Virus record (IMG/VR): IMGVR_UViG_3300028888_000064
Span: 32,001 to 96,000 of that record
From: a virus
Lineage: Duplodnaviria; Caudoviricetes
Strand: one strand, 5' to 3'
Length of the DNA: 64,000 bases
Positions 54,008 to 64,000 of the stretch are shown one piece after another. Both the position numbers and the translations under genes were made by a program. A model generated the notes under the pieces. It was not told the DNA's origin. It worked only from the letters and a program-made list of their open reading frames with translations, and made no database searches. Position 1 is the first letter of the stretch. Every line of letters begins with the position of its first letter.

Positions 54008-55704
54008 TGAAAACAATTCAAGATTACATAGACCGTTATAGCACTGTAGCAAAAAACCTTGGATATAAAGGAGATGGAGTAGATGTATTAATACAGTTAT
54101 TGGCAAATGCATCTTATATTAGTGAAGTAGAAAATATATCCTATGTAACGGAAGCTTCATTAGAGAAAGCCACTCTCCTTAATTCAAAGATTCAGCATTG
54201 TGTAGATAACATGTATTCCGTATTTAGGGGTTCTTGCCCGAGAGTGGTTCTGAACATTAAGCCTACTAAATACCTAACATTGAAACCCTATGATCTCATT
54301 ATCTCCTCTAATAATTTCAATGTATATTATTTAGGTTATTATACAGAAAAATCAGAGACTGAACCGGGAGGAGAAGACGGTACTGATGAAATCCCTGAGC
54401 ATGGTATCATCAATGAAATAACAGATACCGAAGGTAATATTATAGATAAAACTAACGAAGAAACTGAAGAAGATACTCCTCCTAGTGAGGGTGATAGCGA
54501 AAACGTTACTACTTCTAAAATTACCGGAGCATGGGTTTATAATAAGTCCATAACATTTCCTCCAGCACTAAGCGGCGAAGATGGTGGATATATTGGTACG
54601 CAGGTTATTATTGGGTTTATTGCTCCAAAAAGAACAGGAGAAAATCTCTCAATAGAGGTAAATGTTGATGAGAAGAACACTTATTATGCAGATTGTATTG
54701 CAAATAATCTCAGCGATGATATGTACATTACAATAGATAATAAGATGATCCCTAGAACTAGAGTATTTGCGGAACATATTCTCGATAATAGAAAAATGTT
54801 TGACTTAACTTTACCATCATTCGGTTCGAGAATATACTTTGCTAATTATTATAGAGATTCTCACGGAAGAAATAGTCAATCTGTACAAGGAATCCCAGAG
54901 AATACAAAAATTACTGCCCAATACTTCGGGTATTCTACATTAGATGAATACAATGAGCCTGAGTTAAAAAGAGTTCAGCTAAAGGGTGCAGAATTAATTC
55001 CTTTTGATGAGGAATTTTTGAGAACAAACAGCTTAACAGAATTAAATACAGGAGTTTGTTATATAGATGCAACCCCAAGAGATGGACTTAATACGATTCA
55101 CTATAAAGCTAATAGAGATAGATATGTTAGTAGTATTATTAGAAGTAATTCTGATATTGGTGTTGTCCTAGAAGAATGTTACCCAGAAGTAATTAAGACT
55201 GGCGGTACGAATTACTTATTTGTGGCTAGTAGTGCAGAATCAAGAAATAGCTCTGTTACTATATTCTACATACCTAAAGTAGAAGAAGTATATTTAACTA
55301 CGGATCAAATTAGAAAATTTGCCGAAGATTATAGAGCATATTACATTATAACTAGCACTATCACTGTAACTCCTGGAGAGAAATACTATGCATATTTTAA
55401 TCTCGACTTAGAATTATTTCAGTCAACTAATTCAGATAACTTTGATGAAACTATTGGAGAAGAAATCTTAGTGGACTCATATGAAAAGAAGTTCAACGTT
55501 GTGTTTGACGAAGATACTATAAAAGAGATCGAGTCATTAATTAGTAAAGTATCGAACATAAAGAAAATTTCTAATCTATCAGTTACATTTACTGATAGTA
55601 GTGGTAGAGAAGTAGATACATCTGGTCTTGACTCAGGTAGGATATATTATATCATAAAATATTCAATTAGAACTACAGTATCTCAAACAATAAATAATAT
55701 ATGA
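54007..55704 (+). CDS. Baseplate wedge protein (T4 gp6/P2 J-like)
   Basis: GDGVDVLIQLLANASY...EASLEKATLLNSKIQH matches the gp6 N-terminal pattern. Confidence 0.75.
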   Translation: MKTIQDYIDRYSTVAKNLGYKGDGVDVLIQLLANASYISEVENISYVTEASLEKATLLNSKIQHCVDNMYSVFRGSCPRVVLNIKPTKYLTLKPYDLIISSNNFNVYYLGYYTEKSETEPGGEDGTDEIPEHGIINEITDTEGNIIDKTNEETEEDTPPSEGDSENVTTSKITGAWVYNKSITFPPALSGEDGGYIGTQVIIGFIAPKRTGENLSIEVNVDEKNTYYADCIANNLSDDMYITIDNKMIPRTRVFAEHILDNRKMFDLTLPSFGSRIYFANYYRDSHGRNSQSVQGIPENTKITAQYFGYSTLDEYNEPELKRVQLKGAELIPFDEEFLRTNSLTELNTGVCYIDATPRDGLNTIHYKANRDRYVSSIIRSNSDIGVVLEECYPEVIKTGGTNYLFVASSAESRNSSVTIFYIPKVEEVYLTTDQIRKFAEDYRAYYIITSTITVTPGEKYYAYFNLDLELFQSTNSDNFDETIGEEILVDSYEKKFNVVFDEDTIKEIESLISKVSNIKKISNLSVTFTDSSGREVDTSGLDSGRIYYIIKYSIRTTVSQTINNI

Positions 55705-56327
55705 ACATATATATCCCAAAATATTTAAGAGAGCGAGTAAAAATAGTTGACCAGCTCTATAACATGATTAGAGAATACTACGACGAATATTCAAAAACAA
55801 CTGAACCCGATAGTTTCGATCAGTTTAGATTCAGTCGAAAAAATGACTATGTTGTTAGATTCCTGGATTATGTAATTCCACTAAAATACACAACAGCCGA
55901 GGTTAATAGAGAAATAGTAAGTGTAGAAGATAAGACTACTAGAGAAACAGCTCTAAATTATCTCAGCAAGTTATTTTATAGTGTAAAGGGGACTTATAAA
56001 GTTTTGGACTATCTCATTGACTATAATATCTTAAACGCCGACGATAACTGGTGGGATCTAAATAATTCCAATAGTAACAAAGTTGACATTTCCTATACTG
56101 CTAGAAGTATTGATATTAAAGTTGATAAATTGCCTAATGGTTTGGATAGGGAACTTTATTGTGATTACCTAGAAAAATTCTTATGTGCTCTCTTATATTT
56201 TGAATTTTTAACAATAAACATAGGCGAAATGAGCTCATCTATGTCAGAAAGAACTGAGGTTCATCTTAATAGAGGACAATCATTTTATCAAGCTTATGAA
56301 GTAGATGCAGAGGAGGTAGAATTATGA
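55701..56327 (+). CDS. Baseplate wedge protein (P2 I/gp7-like)
   Basis: LFYSVKGTYKVLDYL (cf. YxxKGTxxG motif). Confidence 0.6.
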   Translation: MNIYIPKYLRERVKIVDQLYNMIREYYDEYSKTTEPDSFDQFRFSRKNDYVVRFLDYVIPLKYTTAEVNREIVSVEDKTTRETALNYLSKLFYSVKGTYKVLDYLIDYNILNADDNWWDLNNSNSNKVDISYTARSIDIKVDKLPNGLDRELYCDYLEKFLCALLYFEFLTINIGEMSSSMSERTEVHLNRGQSFYQAYEVDAEEVEL

Positions 56328-58150
56328 ATGTAACATATCCAGGAGCAACAAATAATATTCCTCGATTTACTACGTTAGATAAAGTGGTATTAACTGAAGA
56401 TAATTTAGATGATCTAACCCTATACTATGGCAGTGACACTAGTCTATTAGATTTAGATGATTTCAATGAATATGGGTGGGAATTCTTAGTAAAGAAATAT
56501 AGATATAACTCTTTCTGTCCACTAAACCTACTAACACTTCATGATAAAACAGAAGTAATGGGTTATGACTCTAACTGTATAGAAAACACAAATAAATGCT
56601 TTTTCCCCACATTAATTGAAGTAGATGAGGAGGATAGTGATGCTAGTGATCTTATTCAATATTTTGGCACATTATCTGTAGGAAGACAAAAGCTAACCAT
56701 GATAAGAATTCCTCCAGGATACTCAGATGCTGATATTCAAGATACTACTGATGAAAGTCCGAGCAAAATACACATTTTATTTCAGGGTGATGAGATTAAA
56801 TATTATAAGATAATTTGGTTTGTCTTAACTCCCGGAGAAAAAAATAAAATAGTTGATATCAATTTATCTTATATATCTTGGGAAATTAGTAATAATCCAT
56901 TTAGAAATCAGGATAAATACCTTCTTAGGGAGGATGATAGGGTAAATATTATTCATGGTATAGATGTTGTAGAAAATATAGGAACAGAAACTAATCCACA
57001 TTGGTTAGATCAAAGTTCAGGAACTATTGTTGGCAACAGAGCTGTAACTAGTACACCAATACTGAATCAGATTATAGAAATGTTGGAAGATAATACCTCT
57101 TGGGATAAATACGTATCGTACAAAAGAGGACAGACCTGTATCTATAATGGAGAAAATTGGATATCCTTGGAAAACAATAATGTAGGAAATAATCCAAAAT
57201 TTAGCAACCTATGGTCATTGGAAAGCTTATTCTCTAAGGAGTTCACTATATCTCGAGCTATCGTTACTACGACAAACTTGAGCGGAGAAGAAGTAGACGA
57301 TTATGGTGAAGTTACTCCAACTACTCTTATAGCAACTACTTCTATTGAAGAGTATGAATTAACGCTATATTGTAGAAATGGTTATGTTCCTTCTCGCATA
57401 AGAAATGTACAAACAGATAAAGATATAATACTCTATGACGAAGACGGAACTTCCGATTATTACTGGCAGGCCTATACTTCAGGCAATGGATACTGTAAAG
57501 TAACTATACCAACATCTTTTGTAGAACAAGCAGATGAGATTAATGTCGAATTTAGAAAGGCTGATCTTGAATGCTTAAGTTTCTCGGAGAATATTTCCAC
57601 TGGAGAAAGAGTTCCTATTTCTGGTGATAATAGTTATAAGATAGTGAGAATTGGAGATACATATTCAAATACATTTAATTCTGGTTCAGGCACTATTATT
57701 AACGAGGTTATATTAAACTACTTAATAGGTGATGATGTTGTAGTTAAAACCGAAGTTTTCATACCAGATCCTGATAGAGATAATCCAAGTGAATTCAGAG
57801 TGGAAAAGATAATTGATTATCCTGCAGAATATCACTTCATATGTAGATATGAAGATACAGACTATTTTACAATTAATATAATTGAGCATAAGGGATTTTT
57901 CGTAGATACAATGACTAGGAAAGTTCCAAGAAATTCAACTGACCCAGTGATAATCAATTTTTATCCAGAAGATGGTGATTTAGAAAATACACAGGGAACT
58001 GTAGAAATTGGATCAGTAGTAAAACCAATCAGTGAATCTTCTACTATAATAAATAATAAGGTTAGGTTAGAGAAAAATAATTGTTATCAGTTAATTTTCA
58101 ATAATATAGCTGAAGATTATAATATTAAATTCAATAAGAATGAGAATTAA
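56324..58150 (+). CDS. Putative tail fibre/baseplate appendage protein with CBM5/12-like repeat
   Basis: SWDKYVSYKRGQTCIYNGENWISL...NVGNNP; beta-rich. Confidence 0.5.
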   Translation: MNVTYPGATNNIPRFTTLDKVVLTEDNLDDLTLYYGSDTSLLDLDDFNEYGWEFLVKKYRYNSFCPLNLLTLHDKTEVMGYDSNCIENTNKCFFPTLIEVDEEDSDASDLIQYFGTLSVGRQKLTMIRIPPGYSDADIQDTTDESPSKIHILFQGDEIKYYKIIWFVLTPGEKNKIVDINLSYISWEISNNPFRNQDKYLLREDDRVNIIHGIDVVENIGTETNPHWLDQSSGTIVGNRAVTSTPILNQIIEMLEDNTSWDKYVSYKRGQTCIYNGENWISLENNNVGNNPKFSNLWSLESLFSKEFTISRAIVTTTNLSGEEVDDYGEVTPTTLIATTSIEEYELTLYCRNGYVPSRIRNVQTDKDIILYDEDGTSDYYWQAYTSGNGYCKVTIPTSFVEQADEINVEFRKADLECLSFSENISTGERVPISGDNSYKIVRIGDTYSNTFNSGSGTIINEVILNYLIGDDVVVKTEVFIPDPDRDNPSEFRVEKIIDYPAEYHFICRYEDTDYFTINIIEHKGFFVDTMTRKVPRNSTDPVIINFYPEDGDLENTQGTVEIGSVVKPISESSTIINNKVRLEKNNCYQLIFNNIAEDYNIKFNKNEN

Positions 58151-59909
58151 TGATAAGAGTATAAAAGGGTTTTTCCTTTACTCTGATGATGTACAATTTG
58201 AAAAGGGCGATTTTGTAGTCGATGGTGGTGTTATTTACACAGCAAAAGTAAATGTCATGGGGAAAAAACCAAGTGATTACAACGAGCTTTACGACATATA
58301 TTTAGGTGAAAACATTGCTGATCTAGAGGGTAAAGACTTTGCCAATTATATTAAGGGTGCTGGTTCAGACAAGCTAGTCACAGCATATTCTGTTGGCAAG
58401 ATACTTAACTCTTTTATCTCAGGGTTTGATGAAAAAGGTATCATCAATAACGAAATAACAAAAGATCAGATTGTTTATCTAAGGGATTATTTCGGAGATG
58501 AAACAGTTTTGGCAAGAACTAATCCATTAGATGCTGTAATGACTGCGCCTGATCTAAACAACTGTATATTCAAAGTTGATAGACACGTAGTACAAGACCT
58601 ATTTGGAACATCTCAATTACAGTTCACTAGTAGTTACGTTATTCTCCGACAATATACTTACATGGAGGAAGAAGCTTCTCCAACAGGTCCAGCCTTGTAT
58701 ATTAGAGTACAAGAGTTAATAGATGAAGAGACTGGTCTAACTAAATGGAGGTATTCTACTAGTAATGATAATTTTGATTCTAGCATTGACTGGAATAGCG
58801 TCAATGTGAATGAGAATATTCTAGAAACAATTGATGAGATTATAAATTACTATAGGAACAAAGCAATTTCTTTTGAAAAAGAAAAAGCCGCAATGAAAGC
58901 GAGCTTTACCTTTGTAGAAGTTCCTTTCTCTTATGGCGCTGTTCAGGGAAATATCTTAACTTTAAATTGTGATGATTTTCCAGGATTTCGAGTAGCACAG
59001 AATGAGCTATTAGCAAATTATCCAGTAACCATTACTGTTAATAATCAAGTTCAAGGGTCATCAGTGATTGAGGCAGGATCTTCCACAATTGATTTAGGGC
59101 GAATGGCTAATAAAGGAATAACCAACGAAACCTATAGAATCGTCAATGGAGTGAATCTGGATATACAGTTTAACGGAAGTGTCCCAGAATTTACATTTAC
59201 TACACCTACTGGCTGCTTGATAAGCAATATCTATGCCAGAGTATCAATAGAAGATGCATATCAGATTACTAGTAGTAATTCCATGATGATCGGATTAAAT
59301 TGTATAAATACAGATGAAGGTTCTAATGCGGTTTATGGAAATACTGGTTCTCGTTATCTTATTCCTATTGGATTACAAAGCATCGATCGTGATACTCTAA
59401 TGGGTGGTACTCTGGTTTTTAAAGGCGTTCAATCCAGATACTATGGTTATGATAGTAGTGGTTGGAGGGTTGGTGAAGATGAATTTCAGCTATCAATTCC
59501 AATTAAGGATATATTTACAATAAATGATTCACAGGTAAATAACCAATCTAATAGTGAATTTATAAACAATTCAGGTGGTGTAGCTGATGGCAAAATGACT
59601 TGGGTATCGGCTATTAATGGGCTCAATCGATTTAATGCTCAAATTTTCAGAAGTAAGCGCATGGAGAATAATAGATATCCTAGCTACTTTGAAAATACTC
59701 AAGACAAAGAGTATATATGCATTGTTCCTACTAAGTATAATCCTTACGAAACTCCAGATTCTAATATTTATAGGGTTATTCCTGGCGTCTTTAAACTGGA
59801 GCCAACGGATGCCCAGAGTTTAGAGGCTGAAGCTATGGAAAAAGTCCCTAACCTCATGTATAAAATGAAATGCGCTATAGTAATTAGTGAAGTATACTGT
59901 TTATTATGA
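58140..59909 (+). CDS. Putative tail fibre/appendage protein
   Basis: N-terminal YSDDVQFEKGDFVVDGGVIY (CBM5/12-like); position in tail module. Confidence 0.45.
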   Translation: MRINDKSIKGFFLYSDDVQFEKGDFVVDGGVIYTAKVNVMGKKPSDYNELYDIYLGENIADLEGKDFANYIKGAGSDKLVTAYSVGKILNSFISGFDEKGIINNEITKDQIVYLRDYFGDETVLARTNPLDAVMTAPDLNNCIFKVDRHVVQDLFGTSQLQFTSSYVILRQYTYMEEEASPTGPALYIRVQELIDEETGLTKWRYSTSNDNFDSSIDWNSVNVNENILETIDEIINYYRNKAISFEKEKAAMKASFTFVEVPFSYGAVQGNILTLNCDDFPGFRVAQNELLANYPVTITVNNQVQGSSVIEAGSSTIDLGRMANKGITNETYRIVNGVNLDIQFNGSVPEFTFTTPTGCLISNIYARVSIEDAYQITSSNSMMIGLNCINTDEGSNAVYGNTGSRYLIPIGLQSIDRDTLMGGTLVFKGVQSRYYGYDSSGWRVGEDEFQLSIPIKDIFTINDSQVNNQSNSEFINNSGGVADGKMTWVSAINGLNRFNAQIFRSKRMENNRYPSYFENTQDKEYICIVPTKYNPYETPDSNIYRVIPGVFKLEPTDAQSLEAEAMEKVPNLMYKMKCAIVISEVYCLL

Positions 59910-60775
59910 CAAAGAAGAAAAGACTTACAATAATCTCTCAAGGAAAAAAAGAGAGTGGTTTATACATTAATAATGGAAATATATCTTACATATCAGAGGA
60001 TGGTATAAAGACACTTAATAATTACCCTAGCAATGAAAAACCACTCTTTTTATCTGAGCTTTCAAAAAGATTAAAGAACAGAAACTGGTGCCTCCCAGAT
60101 ATGAAGACTGTGGGTAGAATAATAGATAAGGTTAGCGGAGGAAGTATTGGTGGAGGAAGAGGAAGACGTCCCTTTTTTAAGACAGTCCCAGTGCTTTCTG
60201 TAATAAAAGACGGATTTTCTTATAAAAAGCTCGATACTAAGAGAAATGTAAAAAATCTTTCCCCAGAACAAAACGATGTAGAATTTATAGATACAGCCAA
60301 TATAGTAGATTATTCTGGAAATTTTAGTTCTGGAGAAGGATTAAGAAAATTATTAGAATTTCAAAAAACTGTTCAAGAAATGAAAGAAGCGGATGGCAAA
60401 ACTTTCTATAACTCTTCGAAAGTTATAGTAGATTTTTTGAGTAAATCCATTTCTATTGACTTAATGACAGAAGATTCTTATACAAATACAGTAAGTTTAT
60501 TACCAGTCATAGAAAAGCACAAAACTTCTGGTCTTACTGCAAAAGTAGATCTTAATGTAAGGTATTCAAAAGAGAATGTCATATATAGTAGAGAATTGAC
60601 TTTCAAAGCTTTTAAGTACGAAGGCTCTACATTTAATACTGAAAGTTTTATTAAAAAACTTAATTCCGATATATTTATAGAATATCTTAATGGGGTTATT
60701 AGAGTTATTCCAGAATCTCCGTTAGTAAACGAATGTATTATTAGTAATTGTATTGTAACTTATGGTTGTCTCTAA
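59906..60775 (+). CDS. Hypothetical protein (tail module)
   Basis: 289-aa ORF coupled to neighbouring genes. Confidence 0.55.
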   Translation: MTKKKRLTIISQGKKESGLYINNGNISYISEDGIKTLNNYPSNEKPLFLSELSKRLKNRNWCLPDMKTVGRIIDKVSGGSIGGGRGRRPFFKTVPVLSVIKDGFSYKKLDTKRNVKNLSPEQNDVEFIDTANIVDYSGNFSSGEGLRKLLEFQKTVQEMKEADGKTFYNSSKVIVDFLSKSISIDLMTEDSYTNTVSLLPVIEKHKTSGLTAKVDLNVRYSKENVIYSRELTFKAFKYEGSTFNTESFIKKLNSDIFIEYLNGVIRVIPESPLVNECIISNCIVTYGCL

Positions 60776-62702
60776 AATAACGGAACTTCTAGGTACTAAG
60801 AGTCTCAGTAGTAGTGATGCATTATTTGTATATAATTCGGAAGCATTCGCTAATAAAGCTATTGTAGCTGCACTAGGTTTTAGTGAAGAAGTAGGAAAGT
60901 TGCTTACAGAAGTACCTACAACTAGTACAATAGATGACTTCTATGTTCTTCTAGAAGCTACTGGTGCATTTGAGACTTTACAGAAAGAAGAAACTCCTGA
61001 AGGAGAGGCTTCATCTCCCCTGTCATTTATATATAGAAATAATCCTCTCAGCGTAGTTAGTGGTTATGGGTTTAATACGATTATATACCTGAGAGGTCAA
61101 CAAATTATTGGATTTACAGTTCTCCTAAACCCTATAGGAGCAACTATAACAACTAAGGGACAGTCTTACTACTCGCTTAGTAAAAATTATACTGTAGGTG
61201 AGGTTCATATAACAATATCAACAGAGGAAGACAAAGATATTGTTTCAATCAACTCTGAACAACTCACCTTATTTCATAAAGTAGAAAGTCAAGCTAGAAT
61301 AACGAAACCCATTGGCTTTGCTACTGACCCAACTTATGAAACTAATAGACATAACTATCAGACAAAAATAAACTCTCTACTAAAAAATACCACTCCACAT
61401 GAAATTTTTACAGATTCTTCTATAATAAGGGGTGAGAAAGGAGAATTAACTTTATCAAAACTCTCAGTAATAAAGGGAATTGTTTTAGATGAAAGATATA
61501 AATACCTGACTAATAAGCAGGTTGGATTATATAAAGGCGATATAGTTTTATATCTTTGGAAAAATAAAACCATAGGAAACAATAATACAGAATCTCCTAT
61601 TACTTATGCTATACTATCTCTTACTAAATCAATGGAAGAAATATCGGGCATATCAGGACTAGATAATTCACCTATAACCTATACTTCAAGTCTAAAAGAT
61701 TTAACAACAGGAAAGTATGTTTCAAAAAACTGTATGTGTGAGCTTCCCGAATTTAGCGAAGAAGATCCAGTTAGTCGTATTATTGAATTCCAAGGACCTT
61801 TTGCTAAAGTTGAATTAAAGTCTGGAGAAACCAGAGTATTTGATATAACTAGGCAAGGAACACCTAGGTATGAAGGTTTTCCTTACAATAAAGGTTGGGT
61901 AATAAAAGAAAAATTATTTACTGGCAGAATTATACCAGTCAGTTGGGATAGTAGTACAAACATGTGGGTAAATGGCAATAATAATAGCAGCAATTATTAT
62001 GAAAATGTTGACTTAATACCTAATACTGCAGATTCTAGAATAAAAGAATATGATATAACTTTCTTAACAGATTTTATACTAGACTCTAAGGGTAAGTTAA
62101 TAAAAAATACTTCTTGGAAGTCTATGCAAGAAGCTAGAGAAGAATTCCCACAGTTAACCAACACATATGCTGACCTAACCATTGCATTGGGTAAATATGA
62201 GGGTGCAAAAGTTGTACAAAGATTAGGTGATTGGATAAAAATATTTTTCCCAGAAGACCAAACGTACTTATATACTAATATGAGAACCTGTGTAAAAATA
62301 GGAGCAGAAGAAATTGAACCTATTGTTATTAACAGCAGTTCTATGATGACCGTAGAGGAAAATAAGGATCTAGGTACAGTTACTTACACGCTCTATAGAA
62401 ATAGTGGTAATTTTATTACAAAAACACTGGCAAAGAGACTATATAGCTGGACCGAAACAACCGACGTAGTTATGAAGAATGACTATATTCATGGAACTTG
62501 GGAAATAGTTGAAGCACAGGATTTGATATTTACAATTAATATTGGTAATGTACCAGATTTACCCAAAGTATTGGGTGATGGATTTTTAAATAGATACCGT
62601 AGAAATATAGTTCCAATGTCCTTAGAAAATTTTCATATAATTGGGGCAGTTGAAGGTCTTATATTCTATGAACAAGAAAAAAATATAGTTAATCTCTTAT
62701 GA
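60762..62702 (+). CDS. Hypothetical structural protein (tail module)
   Basis: 646-aa beta-rich ORF coupled to neighbouring genes. Confidence 0.55.
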   Translation: MVVSKITELLGTKSLSSSDALFVYNSEAFANKAIVAALGFSEEVGKLLTEVPTTSTIDDFYVLLEATGAFETLQKEETPEGEASSPLSFIYRNNPLSVVSGYGFNTIIYLRGQQIIGFTVLLNPIGATITTKGQSYYSLSKNYTVGEVHITISTEEDKDIVSINSEQLTLFHKVESQARITKPIGFATDPTYETNRHNYQTKINSLLKNTTPHEIFTDSSIIRGEKGELTLSKLSVIKGIVLDERYKYLTNKQVGLYKGDIVLYLWKNKTIGNNNTESPITYAILSLTKSMEEISGISGLDNSPITYTSSLKDLTTGKYVSKNCMCELPEFSEEDPVSRIIEFQGPFAKVELKSGETRVFDITRQGTPRYEGFPYNKGWVIKEKLFTGRIIPVSWDSSTNMWVNGNNNSSNYYENVDLIPNTADSRIKEYDITFLTDFILDSKGKLIKNTSWKSMQEAREEFPQLTNTYADLTIALGKYEGAKVVQRLGDWIKIFFPEDQTYLYTNMRTCVKIGAEEIEPIVINSSSMMTVEENKDLGTVTYTLYRNSGNFITKTLAKRLYSWTETTDVVMKNDYIHGTWEIVEAQDLIFTINIGNVPDLPKVLGDGFLNRYRRNIVPMSLENFHIIGAVEGLIFYEQEKNIVNLL

Positions 62703-64000
62703 TAGTAAAATTTGAAAATAAATTTAAGGTTGAATTAAAAACACCTGGAAATTCTTTTAAGTTATGTACCTATCGTTTAGGGTGTCGTAGTCAAGCAGAT
62801 AATGAGAATACAACTGATGATCTCACACACTATTTTCAGTTTGAATCTCTATGGGACCCAGATACTAGAATCCTAAACATGGCTCTAGATTTAAGCTTTC
62901 TTAGAAAAGATTCAATTGAGGATATAGATAGAAGACCAGACCTAGAGATAGCTGAAAACTGTAATCACATCGATGTTTATTACTCTGATCTAAATGATAA
63001 TATCTTAGGATTAGCATTTGAGTTAACAGATTCTGATTCTAATGTTCCGGATAACCTAAATTTGTGTTCATTTGATGCGAAGGTGGCTGATCCTGCTCAT
63101 TGGAAGAATATGAACTATATTAACTTAAGATTTCCTAAAGATACTAAAGCTAACATAGAAACTCTCGAGATCAACGAAAATACGGATTTCCTAGAACAAT
63201 TAACATCAACCGAAGGAATAAATACTTTCTTAGTTGAAGGTAATAAAGAGAATGATACTATATTAACTAAAGATTCTTTTGCCAAACATGTTAGAAATGC
63301 AATATCAAAAAACAATAACTCTCCAATGTACTTAGATTACTGTGGAGAAAAAGTTTTTGATATAGGAATATATAAATATTACAAAAAAATAGTAATAACA
63401 TGTATTGGACCTACGAATGTAGATACTTTAGAGGATGGAACAGTAACTTGTAGTGTTAATAACAGATCTTCAGTAGCTATTAAAGGATACTGTTTATTCG
63501 ATAAATATAAAGTAATTAATAATGAGTATACACTAGTAGGAGTAGATCAAAGAGAAGACTTAGAAAAAACTACATTAATTAGACTAATTAATGGAGTAGA
63601 AACTTCGGAAAGAAATGGGATATATATCGATCCAGTTAATAAGCAAATAAAAATAGACGATGTAGAGGGAATAAATAGCGAAATTGATATTGCGGCTAAA
63701 TTAACTTTCGTTGATAAATTAGGGACAGGTGAGGATCGAGAAATCACATTAATATCTAATGTTGTCAGAATAAACCTATTCTTCTCTTGGTATATAGAAT
63801 ACTTCACCTCTTATACAGAATTGGATGAAGAGGGTTCAAGTCATCCTGTAATATTATTTGATACAGAAAAAGGTAATAAAGGGTGGATAGAAAGTAATTA
63901 TCCAGGGACAGTTCCTCCAGGTACTATATTAATATATTCTAGTAAGATAATTAATACAGAGACTGGTATAAATATTGTAGCTCATAATCCTGAGAAACAG
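62699..64000 (+). CDS. Hypothetical structural protein, 3' partial (absent from the ORF track)
   Basis: ATG overlaps the previous TGA; frame MIVKFENKFKVELK... stays open to the end of the window (>430 aa). Confidence 0.7.
   Translation, partial: MIVKFENKFKVELKTPGNSFKLCTYRLGCRSQADNENTTDDLTHYFQFESLWDPDTRILNMALDLSFLRKDSIEDIDRRPDLEIAENCNHIDVYYSDLNDNILGLAFELTDSDSNVPDNLNLCSFDAKVADPAHWKNMNYINLRFPKDTKANIETLEINENTDFLEQLTSTEGINTFLVEGNKENDTILTKDSFAKHVRNAISKNNNSPMYLDYCGEKVFDIGIYKYYKKIVITCIGPTNVDTLEDGTVTCSVNNRSSVAIKGYCLFDKYKVINNEYTLVGVDQREDLEKTTLIRLINGVETSERNGIYIDPVNKQIKIDDVEGINSEIDIAAKLTFVDKLGTGEDREITLISNVVRINLFFSWYIEYFTSYTELDEEGSSHPVILFDTEKGNKGWIESNYPGTVPPGTILIYSSKIINTETGINIVAHNPEKQ

Noticed and set aside
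62699-62730. MIVKFENKFK as another leader copy
   Set aside because: It lacks the R/K-x-K-x-F/Y spacing and lies in the tail-fibre module; probably coincidental.
11641-63807. Minus-strand ORFs and short alternative-frame + ORFs in the track (e.g. 17334-18266, 18393-19055, 19195-19848)
   Set aside because: They are shadows of strongly biased + strand genes, with no motifs and no independent start context.
1-64000. Stop-codon recoding (TAG to Gln, as in Lak and some crAss-like phages)
   Set aside because: Genes are long and uninterrupted in code 11, and TAG ends several genes (5189, 11320, 22521, 22920, 30106, 53164) close to the next start.

Overview
This window is the virion morphogenesis region of a large, AT-rich, T4-like contractile-tailed (myovirus, probably jumbo) phage. 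All credible genes are on the + strand in the standard genetic code. Starts are mostly A/T-rich and lack a Shine-Dalgarno, which is compatible with (but does not prove) a Bacteroidota host. Recognisable core: partial SF2 helicase, portal, terminase large subunit, gp21-like prohead protease, acidic repeat scaffold, gp23-like major capsid protein, two tail-sheath-like genes, tail tube, gp26/gp51-like hub chaperones, a tape-measure/lysin with lysozyme and M23 domains, baseplate genes and probable fibre genes. The main unexplained signal is that about 30-34 otherwise unrelated, mostly basic proteins share a ~10-residue N-terminal leader, M-I-[IVK]-[LIF]-[RK]-x-K-x-[FY]-[SATG]. They include GNATs, HExxH metalloproteases, an alpha/beta hydrolase, a Dps-like protein and many glycine-zipper membrane-like proteins. 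The leader's [KR]-x-[FY]-[SA] core also recurs in the capsid propeptide, the scaffold and the protease. I infer a T4-CTS-like capsid-targeting and protease-cleavage tag that loads a large, variable cargo set into the head. A second signal is three intergenic copies of a ~45-50-nt tRNA-like three-way junction with a UUCGAU loop and compensatory base changes. All functional calls come from reading motifs by eye; no database searches were run.
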